Assembly (NCBI RefSeq): GCF_001194135.2
Contig: NC_068985.1
Location: 42,894,293 to 42,958,292, forward strand
Direction of reading: 5' to 3'
Source of the DNA: Octopus bimaculoides
Lineage: Eukaryota
DNA length: 64,000 bases
Position 1 is the stretch's first letter. Each line of letters starts with the position of its first letter. Positions 25,417-38,950 of this stretch are shown here, in pieces. The notes under the pieces were generated by a model. The model had not been told where the DNA came from and did no database searches. It saw only the letters and a program-made list of their open reading frames with translations. A program made the position numbers and the translations under genes.

Positions 25417-26200
25417 GGATCTTTGGGGTTTGATGGGCAACATTTTTTATGTAGTGTTTTTGGTACCGAAACACTTTCAAACTTCGTATACTTGTATATT
25501 TTGTGGTATAGAACAGATAAAAAATTTTGTATTCGAAGTTATTTCACGTTAAAAATTATCTTATTTTGATAATTTCATCTAATCACTGACGTCTATTCAG
25601 TTGAAAACAGTTAGCGCTGTAACGGTGTATATCATATTAATCCCCGTTAGTTCTGACATTTCCGATTAACTAGACTGTTCGTAAACAAAGGGGAAAAAGC
25701 CATCAAAATACTTGAATATTGCCTGCACTTGTTATTGGAGCTGGCAGAATTATTAATGCACCTCCAAGTGCTTCATTTCCTAGAAATAGCAGCCAAATCT
25801 TCTTTAAATCAAACNNNNNNNNNNNNNNNNNNNNNNNNNNNNNNNNNNNNNNNNNNNNNNNNNNNNNNNNNNNNNNNNNNNNNNNNNNNCAGATACGCAC
25901 AGCGTAATTTATTATATAAACAATATATGCGTATAAATTACGATTAAACCGGATGAAATATGTCACAGGGAATAACATTTTTATGACCGGCCAGCAGTAA
26001 CTGTACTCAGCTGAATAGACGTCAGTGATTGGTTGAAATTACAGAAATACAACAACTTTAACATGAAATAACTTGCGATGTACAAAATTTTGTTAAGAAG
26101 GTTAAGAGAAGTTGTTTTATATGACACATTCTATCAGTGTCCCAAGTTTGAAAGTGTTTCGTTAAGAAAACAAATGTTGCCCGTCAAACCCCAAGGATCC
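25417..26200. mobile_element. Long-TIR non-autonomous DNA transposon (Merlin- or MULE-like) with 8-bp TSD
   Basis: TIRs GGATCTTTGGGGTTTGATGGGCAAC and its inverse match at 23/25, with about 200 bp of subterminal inverted similarity. TSD GACTTTGG at 25409-25416 and 26201-26208. Confidence 0.85.
25815..25889. other. Assembly gap (75 N)
   Basis: N run. Confidence 1.
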
Positions 26201-27039
26201 GACTTTGGTAAAATAACTATCATTATTAAGCTGATATTTGTAACACAAATTAAAACATGAAATTTTATTGGATGGTTTTAATTTAAATTACTTTAAAACA
26301 GAAAGTTTATATCATAGAAATAGACGTTGCCTCAAGCAGGTAGCTATCAACAGGCTTCATATTATTTCTCAAAAGATATGCCTACTTCATCAATTTGATT
26401 TCAATCACATCCTAACCCTCATTCACAAGAAACAATGGACAAAAAAGAATACGTAGCAACAGAAGAATTAGTTTTCATTAGAATTTTTTTTCCTATGAGT
26501 TATGGGAGATGCTGAATTTGGAGTGTTAATAAATTCCCTTACAACATTAATAATGTGAGATGGCTTCAACTGCAAACCAAAATCACATTTCAATACAAGC
26601 TAATAAGGGAGCTTTTATGTGGTCTCTTGACCTGCTAGAACCAACAGTCAAATATCCTTCAAATTACATTCCACTATCTTTATGGTGAAGAAAGAGGCAG
26701 GATGGTCATGACTGGATTGCCTCTTATCATTGGTCTGCTAAATAAGGATTAACCAGGGGCTAAACAGCAACAACAACTGAATTTTAATATTGCTACAGTT
26801 TAGATCTGAAAATCTGTGTATTTCTCTTTCTTTTGTTTGTGCCTCATTTACATGGACAGAAGTGTAATGAACAACAGTATTGATCTTTCATTCAGGAACC
26901 ATTCTATTCTATTAATGTTTGGTATTCAATTACCATAAAAATGTCTTTCCTTGAAGGTTGTGAGTATGCAATATGGTGGATCTTCTAAGTTAGATCCTAT
27001 TAGATTTTGAAGCTAGAGACCAGAAATTACAAAATTAGC

Positions 27040-27197
27040 TAGACATGGTTGTGGGGTTAAGAAGCATGCTTTGCAACCATATGGTTTCAGGTTCAGTCCT
27101 ACAGTATAGCACCTTGAGTAAGTGTCATCTACTATAGCACCAAGTAGACCAATGTTTTGAGGGTGAATTTGGTAGATGGAAACTTTGTGGAAGTCTG

Positions 27198-27239
<42 letters not shown>

Positions 27240-27605
27240 CATTATCATCATCATTTAACATCTATTCTCCATGCTGGTATAGGTTGCATGGTTTGACAAG
27301 CTGGTATGGTTGGGGACTGCACCAAGCTCCATTGTCTGTTCTGGCATGTTTCTACAGCTGGATGCCCTTCCTAATGCCAACCACTTTACAGATATCAATA
27401 TGTATGTGTGTGCATATGTGCTTCACCCACCACTTGACAATTGGTGTTGGTTTGAATGCTTCCTCATAATGTCACAGTTCAAGAAAATAGATTGTTAAAA
27501 TAAGTACCAGATCCAAAAATAAGTACTGGGGTTGATGTTTTCAACTAAAACCCTTCAAGAGCGTACCCTGGCATGACCACAGTCCAATGACTGAAACAGG
27601 ATAAA
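27040..27605 (+). mobile_element. SINE A1 interrupted by an antisense RTE tail (about 27237-27395)
   Basis: Head at 27040-27200, inserted minus-strand tail tcatcatcatttaac...gccaaccactttaca, A1 body resumes at about 27400. Confidence 0.75.
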
Positions 27606-27894
27606 AGGTTACAAATTATTATTAAGTTTACCACAGAAAACTAATTGAAATGATGAATACTCTCAAATGTGAAATATCAAAGAATGTGTTTGTTTTAGGG
27701 GGGAGGGATCTAGGTAAGATAAAGGACACTCAGGTGAAGCTTGGAAATTATGACTTTGAGAATATCACTGCAACATCCTCACCCTTCACTAATCACCCAA
27801 TAAGGGAACCTCTTGACTTGTTAACAATAGCAGCCAAGTCACCTCAAACTATACCTTATTGAGTGTACAGTTGTGTCACAAATTGTCAATTATT

Positions 27895-28020
27895 AGGTGC
27901 AAGCATGGTTGTGTGGTTGAGAAGTTCATTTCTCAATCACATAATATTTTGAGCAATTGTTTTCATGATAACTCCAGGTAAATGGATTTGGTAGATGGAA
28001 ACTGAAAGAAGCCAACTGTA
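27895..28020 (+). mobile_element. SINE family A head (internally deleted)
   Basis: gcatggttgtgtggttgagaag...ggatttggtagatggaaactgaaagaagcc. Confidence 0.7.
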
Positions 28021-29295
28021 TTTGCATGTGCATGCATGCACATATGTATTAGTATATTTGTTAACATTTACACTTCTCCAAAAACTGCTCAGCTACTGGC
28101 AGCAGTATTACTGTTCTTTTTCTTGAAAACAAATCATCTTCTGGCTTTGCACCTTCAAAGATGTATGGAAAAAGATATTTATCCCTTACTTGCAAAGTAG
28201 GTAAGGATTAGTGGCAGGAAGGGCATCTGTAATATATCCATCTTACTCATGCTAGCATGAAAAAACAAGCATAAAATGAATGAAAAAGAAACAAAGGAGT
28301 TTAGTTCTAGAAAATACTTGATATAAGAATAAGTGCTAAGTCCTAAGCTGCATTCCTGTTCAAGCTAAACAAATATAAAATGAAAGAGAAAATACTAAGC
28401 TGTCAGTGCTAGTAGAAACTTTAAACTACTACTATTTTCTGATATTCAACAGGAAATTCTTTAATAAAATACAATTCCAAATTCACAGAATCCAGGAATT
28501 TAGGAATTGAGATTCTTTTATTAAATGTTTGCTATTTTCCTCTTTCCTTCTACTCTTGCTTTCTTTCTAATTTGTAACATTTCTCTGCTTTTTTTATTAT
28601 ATTATTTGTCTTCTCATGAATTTATTTATTTGTTAAGGGTTTCCTTCCCAATTCAAATATCAGCTAACCACTTTGTGGCATTTCAAAGAAAATGCCAAAC
28701 TGTGTCTGGAGAAAGGCAAGCTGTACATTTTTTCTAATACATATCATTCTCGGCTAATAAAATATTTACTATAAACTCCAATGAATGAATGAATAATGTT
28801 ATTTCCCCAATTGTATACTACCTACATTGTTTGGATGTAAAAACAAAAATGTCTGCCACCAATATCTTCAGGATTATTTTAGTTAAAGCTAAGAAACTTT
28901 ATACTTTCTCGATAAGATAATCAATCTTATGGGCTATTGATGAAAGAAGTTCCTTTAGCATATGTCTCTAAGCTGGCTACCAGTTTTATAATTTAGTTTT
29001 TGTTGCTTATCTCTAAAACATGAACATTAGTAACTTTGTATGACCAGACTAACAACCAATGTGTATGATTTCTGAGATCTCACACAAGTTTTCTGTCTGA
29101 CTTATCAAAGAAGCTATTAATTACTGAGGCTGGCTGCTTTGATAAAACAGAAAAACGAATTGCACTGAAGAAAAGTTTAATCTTTTTCAATAAGTATATA
29201 GAAAAAGTTGTATTTGTTTTCAACAAACTCCCTTAAGGTGTTTGTTTTGAAGAGAAATGTCTTTTATTGGTTAAAATGAAGAAATAAAACATGTT

Positions 29296-29503
29296 TAATA
29301 CTTTTGATATCAACCTTCCCGAGACTGTAACTGGTTCTATGATACAAACTTCGTGTTTGAGATCTAAATGAAAACTTTTTATCAAAATTTCTTACTAATT
29401 TATGTCTGTAACATCAGCTTATTGATTCCTAAATCTTTTGCTATTTTCAAAATTAATTGAGAGGCAGAGTATTGTCAACAGAAATATAGTAACAAAAGGG
29501 TTG
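29296..29503. mobile_element. piggyBac-like MITE (degenerate)
   Basis: ttaatacttttgatatcaacc...aaatatagtaacaaaagggttga. Confidence 0.6.
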
Positions 29504-29862
29504 AAATGAACCTGTGTTTAAAATAAGAAAATTGACATTACACAGACCCAAATAATCCTTTAAGTACTGCTTCTAAGCAAATCCTTTAAGCTTGTATTTT
29601 GGTGTAAAGCTGTTTGTTTTTCTTATTCTACGTTATAAAGATATATTCAGAAATACTGGGATAAGACTTAGTGATATAATCATAGATAAACTGACATAAA
29701 TGACAAAAAGACCTTGTTTTTCTGTTATCTATATGGTAAGGTTGTTTAACTCCTGGTCAACCTTCTCAAAACAGACCTATAATCAAAAGTATTTTAACCA
29801 TGACCTTTTTGATTTTATTTGTTTCTTTTGTCTTTTTTCCAGACAGTTTATCATTAACTTCA

Positions 29863-30795
29863 CTAGAAGGCGTACTCGGCATTGCCCGGGTTCGTAAGTT
29901 TGAAAAGGCTGGGAAACTAATAAAGCGATTAACACCCCCTCCCTTAAACACCTTTCACACTTTATGGCAAGACTAACACCTAAGTAACTCTTAAAGGGAA
30001 CCGCACATGTAATATTATGACAACAATCAAGTGAAAAAATAAAGCAACAAAAATTATAACAGCAATAATGTAGGACTGAAATATGGTGCCAGTACAGCAA
30101 GTCTACAAAACTTCCTTATAAACAACATTTTTAGTTTTCCCCTCGGGGACGAAGACATGTAAACTGTTCCTACAACCCACTCTTAAGCAGCCAACGTACA
30201 GTTGACCATGTGAAAAGCATGGTTCAGCTAAGTAAAGTCCAACGAGAGACAGCGACTACCCCTGGGACTTATTAATGGACATGGAGTAACTGAGTCTAAT
30301 CGGAAACTGCACTCTGCAGAATGTGAACGGTAAGTCAGCAGCTGAAGGCACAAGGGGAATTTGCGGTGTGAAGACATCTTGACCTTTACCACAGATGGTC
30401 ATAATCGTTGCTTCAATGACATTGAGAAGTAATTTTGTGATAACAAGACGTGTACCGTTGCACAACGTCGGTGAATTTAAATTCCTTATCAGCATAACAG
30501 GGCTACCTACTTTAAGAGTAAGAATATGTGGAGGTACACCTGAAGGCTCCAAGGAATTCAAAAAATCAACTACCTCATACTGATTGGGAATGGTTTCTAC
30601 TGACTTATAGACTGTCATGTCCCCAGGCAAATGCAGTAAGAGGCTGTTGTTGATTGCACTGACCACAACGTTTTTAGGAACCAAAATGGCTCTTTGGCAA
30701 AGCCAATCTAGATCTCCGTTGTGGACTTCTAGGCCTGGGAAGACCTGGTCCTGAAGACTCTGAATAGTACTGGCTATTGTGCAGAGCATTATTGT
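29863..30795 (-). mobile_element. Helitron 3' portion: PIF1-family helicase C-terminus plus intact 3' terminus
   Basis: [103 protein letters not shown] (stop at 30103-30105). GC hairpin at 29874-29891 and terminal CTAG|T at 29866-29862. Confidence 0.92.
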
Positions 30796-31334
30796 AGAAT
30801 TAAGGAAATATTTCAAAGATTTCTGAAATATTCTTTTTCTTCTCATACTCCTGAAAATATTTAAATATAAGAATATGAGGGTCCACACCAATGCCATGAT
30901 TACATCCATGAAGTCTAGTCTAGTCCAGTTCAGTTCAGTTCTTCAGGCTCCCTGACATGACTGCAATATAAATGTGCAGCATCATCTGCAGTTTCAGAAT
31001 TGAGAGGCTTCAAAGCTATTCAGAGTACTTCAGAGAGTACAGCAACTGTTTTAGCATTAACTAATGTCTACTAACAATTCAAAAACAAAATCATTATCAG
31101 TAGTTATAATTCCCAAGAAACCCTGATATATTTCAGAGCAGCTGATCAATTATAAAATATAACACTGAAATGTCAGCAGACAGTGAATTTCTGTAAAACA
31201 GTGAGGCTTCATTTTGGACAATTTTCAGCTAAATCTAGTGATATATTTTATGAAATAATACCCTTTGGAGTCTTTATAGGTTCTGTTTATATTCAAAACT
31301 GGGATTTTTACATAAGTTCATTTATTGATAAATG

Positions 31335-31512
31335 TAGACAGAGGTATGACCATGTGGTAAGTTCACTTCAAACCACATGAAGTTCACTTTGAAACCATAT
31401 GGTTTCTGGCTCAGTCTGACTGCATGGCATCTTGGACAAGTATCTTCTACTATAACTTCAGGCTGATTAAAGCTTTGTGAGAAGAATTGTTTGTTTGATG
31501 GAAACAAAACAG
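31335..31512 (+). mobile_element. SINE family A head
   Basis: gtatgaccatgtggtaag...atggaaacaaaacagaagccc. Confidence 0.7.
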
Positions 31513-31599
31513 AAGCCCCTTTCAACTTCTCAGCACCTAGTATAAAGTTACCTTCCCTTCTTTCTCTGTTATATTCCCATTCAGTTGAGGAACCCCTTT

Positions 31600-31825
31600 A
31601 GTCTTCCAAGTTACATGGTGACTTCATTAATACTGAACCCATGAAAAAAGGTACCCAGTCATCACCCTGTAAAGTGGTTGATGTTAAGAAGGGCACCTAA
31701 CCATAGAACCCATGCCAAAAAAAATATACACATAGCAGTACAACGCAGTCCTCCAACTTGTCAGTTCCTGTTAGAACCATCCAACTCATGTAAGCATAAA
31801 AGACAGATTTTAATTGATGATGGTG
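31600..31825 (+). mobile_element. RTE-tail-derived repeat
   Basis: ctgtaaagtggttgatgttaagaagggcacc...ccatccaactcatgtaagcat...gatgatgg. Confidence 0.65.
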
Positions 31826-31844
31826 ATAATGAATGAGTGTATAT

Positions 31845-32330
31845 CATCATGATCAACATCATCGTTTAACGTCTACCTTCCATGCTAGCATGGGTTGGAT
31901 GATTTGACTGAGGACTGGCCAACCAGATGGCTACACCAGGCTCCAATCTGATTTGGCAGAGTTTCTACAGCTGGATACCCTTCCTAACGCCAACCACTCC
32001 GAGAGTGTATTGGGTGCTTTTATGTGCCACCAGCACAAAGGCCAGTCAGGTAGTACTGGCAACGGCCACACTCAAAATGGTGTATTTTACGTGCCCCTTG
32101 CACAGGAGCCAGTCCAGCGGCACTGGCAACGATCTCACTCGAATGTTTTTTCACGTGCCACCGGCACAAGTACCAGTAAGGCGACGCTGGTAACGATCAC
32201 GCTCAAATGGTGCTATTTACATGCCACTGGCACAGAAGCCATACAGCTGCTCTGGCAATGATCACGCTCGGACGGTACTCTTAGTGCTCCACTGGTACAG
32301 GTGCCAACACGATTTCTATTTCACTTGCCC
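31845..32330 (-). mobile_element. RTE 3'UTR/tail copy with four or more 65-bp units and a complete tail
   Basis: Reverse complement matches 50920-51310 and ends gtagacgttaaacgatgatg. Confidence 0.9.
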
Positions 32331-32371
<41 letters not shown>

Positions 32372-33470
32372 TTAGTACATACTCATGTATTGAATTCTAT
32401 TTCTATTTGTTCTAACAAATGTGTGTGTGTTTGTGAATGTTTATATCTATGTTTTTGTATGACACCATTTGGGCAATGGTCATGTGCTAATGCTTCCTAT
32501 AAACTATTCAGCTTGTTGTTTATCAGTTTCAGTTTTCAGCCTTAGAATTCTGCATCTGTAAGTCTTGTCCAACCCATGTCAGCATATAAAAAAAGACATA
32601 CGTAACAGTAATGATGATAACAATGGTGATGACAATGGTATATCACATGAGGATATTTCACTGCCTATTTTTCAAACATATGAAGCTTTGTCCAACCCAT
32701 ACCAGCTTGGAAAAAGTAGATGTAAATATCATGATGATGATGAGCATGAGCATGACCAGAGTTAAGTGGAACAAATAGCAACATAACCAAACTAAAAGTT
32801 TAATGTGAATTTGAAAAAATAAACTAAATGGGAAGAAGAAAACAAATTACTACAAGAGGTCTTCATTGCTGTTAAAAAGCTATTTACAAATCTGTGTAAA
32901 GAGTTTTGAGTGATAGTAACTAAGGTTGGGTGGAGACTGGAGAAATACAGGAACAAGATATGAACTAACACAGGGTGGAGTTTGCACAATAAGGGACAAA
33001 TACAAAGATAAGTGAAATGAAGTAAAACTGTAAACTTTGCCTTGCTATTTATGCTATAAGCCATGTCAAATATAAATGATAACACTGGTTATGAGGATTT
33101 TATTATCACTATTTCAGTTTGTCTTCGTTATTCATCATCATTATCATCATCAGTGTCACTATCATTAGTTGCAGAATGCCATGGCAGAAAAATTACAGCC
33201 CCACATTTACAAACAAATGCCACAGTCATTAGATGTTACATTAACCCTTTTATTGACAGATGTTAAATAAAAGGCGCAGGTGAGGCTGTGTGGTAAGAAG
33301 CTTACTTGGTTATTTGTTTTCGTTATAAAAATAGAGATGGTTATCCTAGATAAGTTGATGCTAAAAGGGATAATTAACTTGCATTAATTTCTCAAACTCA
33401 AAGTAAGATATAAAGTTTTGCTTTGTGTGGTGCTGAGGATACTCAGAGTAAACATACATATACAGTACAC

Positions 33471-33909
33471 TTTTACTCTTTTACTTGTTTCAGTCATTTG
33501 ACTGTGGTCATGCTGGAGCACCGCCTTTAGTCGAGCAAATCGATCACAGGACTTATTCTTTGTAACCCTAGTACTTATGCTATCGGTCTCTTTTGCCGAA
33601 CCGCTAAGTTATGGGGATAAACACACCAGCATCGGTTGTCAAGCGATGTTGGGGGGACAAATACAGACACACAAACACACACACACAAACACATACACAC
33701 ACACATATATATATATATATATAAATTTATATATATATATACATATATACGATGGGCTTCTTTCAGTTTCCGTCTACCAAATACTCACAAGGCTTTGGTC
33801 GGCCCGAGGCTATAGTAGAAGACACTTGCCCAAGGTGCCACGCAGTGGGACTGAACTCGGAACCATGTGGTTGGTAAGCAAGCTACTAACCACACAGCCA
33901 CTCCTGCAC
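33471..33909 (-). mobile_element. Full-length young SINE family A1
   Basis: Head gtgcaggagtggctgtgtggttagtagcttgcttaccaaccacatggttccgagttcagtcccactgcgtggcaccttgggcaag, central (TA/TG)n, tail ...gactgaaacaagtaaaagagtaaaa. CpGs retained. Confidence 0.9.
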
Positions 33910-34044
33910 AGTAGTCAAAAATGTTTGCAAATATTTTTCACCATTGCGTGTATGAAAACAAAATATGTCTAAACAGAGTGGGTATCATAATGCCAACTCA
34001 TAAATTAGGAATTCATAAGTCCTACAATATATCTGGGGGCTAGG

Positions 34045-34270
34045 GTGATGAGCTGGCAGAATTGTTAGCACAATGGGTGAAATACTTAGCAGTATTTCAT
34101 TATGTTCTGAGTTCAAATTCCGGCAAGGTCGACTTTGCCTTTCATCCTTTCGGGATTGATTAAATAAGTACCAGCTATGCACTGGGGTTGATGTAATCGA
34201 CTTAATCTCTTTGTCTGTCCTTGTTTGTCCTCTCTATGTTTATCTCCCCTGTGGGCAATAAAGAAATAAA
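34045..34270 (+). mobile_element. SINE family B
   Basis: gagctggcagaattgttagc...gttcaaattccggcaaggtcgactttgcctttcatcc...ggcaataaagaaata. Confidence 0.9.
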
Positions 34271-35388
34271 TATATCTGGGGTCAAGATAATTTAGTCTTC
34301 AGTTTATTTAAGATATAAGATAAAGAGAAGACCAGCTTCATATCCAGGATCCATTAAGTGTCATTTCTCAACCCTCTCCTGTTTATTACTGTTTTATCAT
34401 TTATAACAAAGGAGTTTACAACCAGCTAACCATGGGAATTCCTGTATATTGAAGACTCAGTTCTTATAGTCAACTCTGTGGACAGTTTAGAGAAGAAATA
34501 TGTGTGTGTGAGTGTGTACATAATAGAGAAAGTGGGGCAGGGACAGAATTAAAAGAAAAATATTGAGAGAGAAAGAGGAAGGCATTTAGAGAAACAAAAG
34601 AGGTGTGAGGAAAAAATGAGACTTAATAGTAGAATATAGATACAGAAAGAGGGGAAAGAGAAGGAAGAAAGTATTAATAGAGAGAGGGGGAGGAAGAATT
34701 ATTAATAGAACGAGGGAGATAGAGAAGAGGAGAGAAAGAAGGAGATAAAGAGTAGGAGTGAAAGAGAATTATTAATAGAGAGAAGTGGGGAGAGAGGGAA
34801 GGAGAGACACAGAAATAAACACAGACATAGGAAGTGAATAAATATGAAGAGACAGGAAGTGAGAGAGACACACAGACAGATGACAACAACAATAAACAAA
34901 AATACAGGCATCCCCCCCTTCACCCATGTTACAGTTACCTCAGAAAAATAAATAAAGAGGTGGGCTTGCCGCTCCATGATTGTTTGATCTACAAGAAATA
35001 GCAGCCAAATCACATTTTACCTTTTCTGGAGCATTATTTCATAATGTACTCCTAGATACATTATGTTATGTGTGAATCAATAATAAGATGTGGGTCACAG
35101 CTACAAATTCATTGTTTTACCTTTTTGTAACTAGAAAAACTGCCTGTTAAGTTTCCAAAATGAAATGGAAAATAATCGAAATTTGGAGTGATTTAATGTG
35201 AAATAACTATGCTATTATTAAAACTGGGGTTCAAGACAGCAAAATATTCTTACAAAGAACTATGGTGGAACATCTTAAATACAAACACATGATGACAGAA
35301 AGCTCTGCATTACAGAATTATTGATGGTCACAGGTGGAGTGGTACTAAAACAGTGAATCTGTATTACCCTGGGATAAGCACCAACAGT

Positions 35389-35736
35389 GGAGGCGCAATG
35401 GCCCAGTGGTTAGGGCAGCGGACTCGCGGTCATAGGATCGCGGTTTCGATTCCCAGACCGGGCATTGTGAGTGTTTATTGAACGAAAACACCTAAAGCTC
35501 CACGAGGCTCCGGCAGGGGATGGTGGTGAACTCTGCTGTACTCTTTTACCACAACTTTCTCTCACTCTTACTTCCTGTTTCTGTTGTACCTGCAATTCAA
35601 AGGGTCAGCCTTGTCTTGTCACACTGTGTCACGTTGAATATCCCCGAGAACTACGTTAAGGGTACACGTGTCTATGGAGTGCTCAGCCACTTGCACGTTA
35701 ATTTCATGAGCAGGCTGTTCCGTTGACCGGATCAAC
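35389..35736 (+). mobile_element. tRNA-derived SINE family C (young)
   Basis: A box TGGCCCAGTGG and B-box-like GTTTCGATTCC in a tRNA-like head, followed by a non-tRNA body. Confidence 0.85.
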
Positions 35737-36229
35737 ATGAAACAAAAATAAAGGTATCCCACACATTACAGCTACCTCAGGTTACAAGAATTCACACACA
35801 GGGATTGTAAAGAATGATCATTAATTTTGGGATATGGTTTGTAACTTTGTTCTTATGGAAATTTGGATAAATCTTAAAAATCTAAAAACTATGCTTTCTT
35901 CTTAGCCAAAAGGTTCTCTCTCAGTGTTTTAGCTGACATAGTAGCTAACAATTTGAAAAACTATAATCGTGATACATAGATGCATATACACAACATATAT
36001 GTGTGAGAGGGAGGGAGGGAGAGAGAGTATGTAAGTGTTTGTATATGGCACTATAAATACAGAGTGAGGTGGAATTTTTCGCTGCAAATATTTGGTGGGG
36101 GTTGTATATATTTCCTGGGTTAAAAATAAGCATCTGTCTTTCTATTTGTTTGTGTGTGTATGTGTATGCATGTGTTATGTATACACATATGCACAGATAT
36201 ATACATAAATATACAAACATACACATCAC

Positions 36230-37690
36230 CATCACCATTATCTACCATCATAGCCAAAACCAATGTAATCAACTTCAACACCCCTACCAACCTATCGACT
36301 TTTGAAAAACCAACTGGCAGCAATAATTATAGTATCAGCATAATAGCAATATCTGTAGCCACATATATTGTATGTCAACATAACAATGTGTGTGAGAAAG
36401 AGAGAGAAGCCAGAATGTGGACTTTTTATGGCTCAAGTCAGAGTGCAAAAAAGAAGTACCTATGAACCTGGTAACTCTTCAACTAATTGTAATCATACAG
36501 TACTCCCTCCTATCTCACTCCTTCACCTTTTTCCCTTCTCATTTCTATTCTTATATCCAAAGGAATAAAACAAGTTCTTGTTCTCATGAAACAGTCCTTT
36601 GCTGGTGCAATTTTTTTCTTTAATACATACTTGTGAATAAATGCTGATTGTTGTCACTATCGAATTTACCTACGATTCAAGATGTCTGGAAAGAGCCATC
36701 AAGTGGAACTGAAGATAGCAGTGTGAAAAAGGAGCTGTAAAAGGAGTACACCTGATATTAAACTTGATTTTAAAAAGACTTGTTACGGGATACAAATTGG
36801 CTGCATTTACAAAACATTAAAGCTTGCAATATATACAGGGGAAACAATACATAATAGAAAAAAGGTGGCGAGCTGGCAGAATCGTTAGAAAGCCGGGCGA
36901 AATGCTAAGCGGTATTTCGTCTGCCGTTGTGTTCTGAGTTCAAATTCCGCCAAGGTCGACTTTGCCTTTCATCCTTTTGGGGTCGATAAATTAAGTACCA
37001 GTTACGCACTGGGGTCGATGTAATCGACTTAATCCCTTTGTCTGTCCTTGTTTGTCCCCTCTATGTTTAGCCCCTTGTGGGCAATAAAGAAATAAGAAAA
37101 AATATTAAAGTGTTCAAGGATATATTTCATTGACAGCTCAGGTTTTATTCTTTTCTTAAAGATGTAATGTGATGCTTAAAATAGAATGGCTCTTGGGTGT
37201 ATGGATCAAGGATCAGACTCATGTAATATGACAATAAGCAAGATGGTAATTTAAAAAAATCAAACTTTTGCACGACTGTTAGCAGAAAGAGGAAGATAAA
37301 ATATCTAATAAAAAGACATTTTCTTAAGAGTAAAGGCTGGTTTGAAAGGTTCAAGAAGCACTTGAATTTGCACAACATAAAAATAAGCAGTGGAGTTGCC
37401 AGTGCTAATAAAAAGGCTGTTATCAAATATCCTGAGCAGCTGGAAAAATTGACTGCTGAAGCCAGAGTAAGAATATAATATGAATGAAACTGCACTTTTC
37501 TAGAAGCTCATCTCAATTTCTTGAGAAGAAAAAATCAATACTAAGATTTAAAGTTTGCAAACATTGCCTGACATTACTCGAAAGAAATGATGTTAAAGCC
37601 CCAATGAGTCTAACACTAAATATTTAAAGGCTTACTAGGGTTAAGTAAAATTTAATTTGTTTTTGATTTAGTATTTCAATAAGAGGACAT
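36230..37690 (+). mobile_element. Second degenerate Tigger/pogo copy (5' part)
   Basis: 36240-36840 is colinear with 7470-8110. KGWFERFKKHLNLHNIKISSGVASA..YPEQLEK at about 37330-37450. Confidence 0.85.
36864..37094 (+). mobile_element. Young SINE family B inserted in the Tigger copy
   Basis: CpG-rich copy with TSD AGAAAAAA at 36856-36863 and 37095-37102. Confidence 0.92.
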
Positions 37691-38098
37691 GTACGAAAAT
37701 TTGAAACCAATATCTGTGGAAGTATATATATTCAGAGCAATATGAAGAAAAGAATACGGAGAAAGAAAGAGGAATACAGACAAAAGTAGAGATAGACTAC
37801 TCTTAACCATAAGGCCACTGAGTCTTTAAGTAAAGAAAGAACAGTAACTGAGACTAAAATTAAACTTAAATAAAGACAAATATAATGGAACTAATTGATA
37901 ATTGCAAATGTATAGAATATTACTAGTGGCAATTTTAAAGTTGTGAAAACTAGGTTAGACATAGTACATGGATGGTAAATTTAAATAAGTATAAATGTCA
38001 AGTACGTACATATATATATATATATATATATATACATTCATATATATATATCCATACATACATATATGTCAATTCATACACACACACAGATATATAGG

Positions 38099-38134
<36 letters not shown>

Positions 38135-38159
38135 AACATACACACACAGACACAAATAC

Positions 38160-38420
38160 AATCATTATCATAGTTTTAACATCTACTTTTCCATGTTTCT
38201 ATAGGTCAGATAGAATTTATTATGCAGGTTTTCTAAAGCCGGATGCCTTTCCTGTCACCAACCTTCACCTGTTTGCAAGCAAGGGAATATTTCGCCACAG
38301 CTGATATAAATCATGGAAGAATGGAAATGAATGACACCATTTGTATACCAGTAACACTCATTTACAACTATTGAGGGATGTCAAGAGAAGACGAAAATAC
38401 ACACGTACTCATCTACACTC
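38160..38420 (-). mobile_element. RTE-like tail body (A2 type)
   Basis: tttaacatctactttccatg...gatgcctttcctgtcaccaacc... Confidence 0.7.
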
Positions 38421-38888
38421 ACCCACCACACACACACACACATTACATATATATACAACTGACAGGTGCCAATCAAATGAAAGTAAGAAATGTGTTGGGG
38501 AGACTCAGGATGCCACTGAAGACATCGTCATCATCATCACCATTTTGTTTGTCAACAATAAGTCAGATTATCAAGGTCTCTCTCTCGCTTCAGGCTATTA
38601 CTACAACAGAGACTTGAGCACAGTACTGCAAGTTAAACATTGCCACATTCCACATGGTCGTTAGACTTGATAGAATTAGCAGCAATACCTCTACAAAAAT
38701 CACATCCTGCTGGCTTGGTTAAGGAAAAGACACATTGGATAATGTAGTCCTAGATACACTATTACAGAAGGAGAAGGAGGATAGCAATGGTGTCTAGAGA
38801 TTTAGAATGCAGAAATGAAACTGAAAGAAGCTGTCAATGAAGGATTTACAAAATGTGCATGGAAAGGGAATAGGAAAGGATTCCCAGA

Positions 38889-38950
<62 letters not shown>

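Larger units (their letters stand above)
25342..26355. mobile_element. piggyBac-like MITE split by a younger insertion
   Basis: Left end TTAA+tcctttcattacc matches the inverted end of the MITEs at 29296-29503 and 44846-45146; the remainder resumes at 26201. Confidence 0.65.

Noticed and set aside
27699-27713. Plus-strand 15-nt micro-exon-like GGGGGAGGGATCTAG between ttttag and gtaaga
   Set aside because: Isolated, with no compatible plus-strand partner exons; expected by chance at this AT content.
33577-33972. 131-aa ORF
   Set aside because: Antisense reading of a SINE A1 copy.
35389-35465. tRNA-like sequence as a real tRNA gene
   Set aside because: The acceptor stem cannot be closed and it continues into a SINE body; it is a SINE head.
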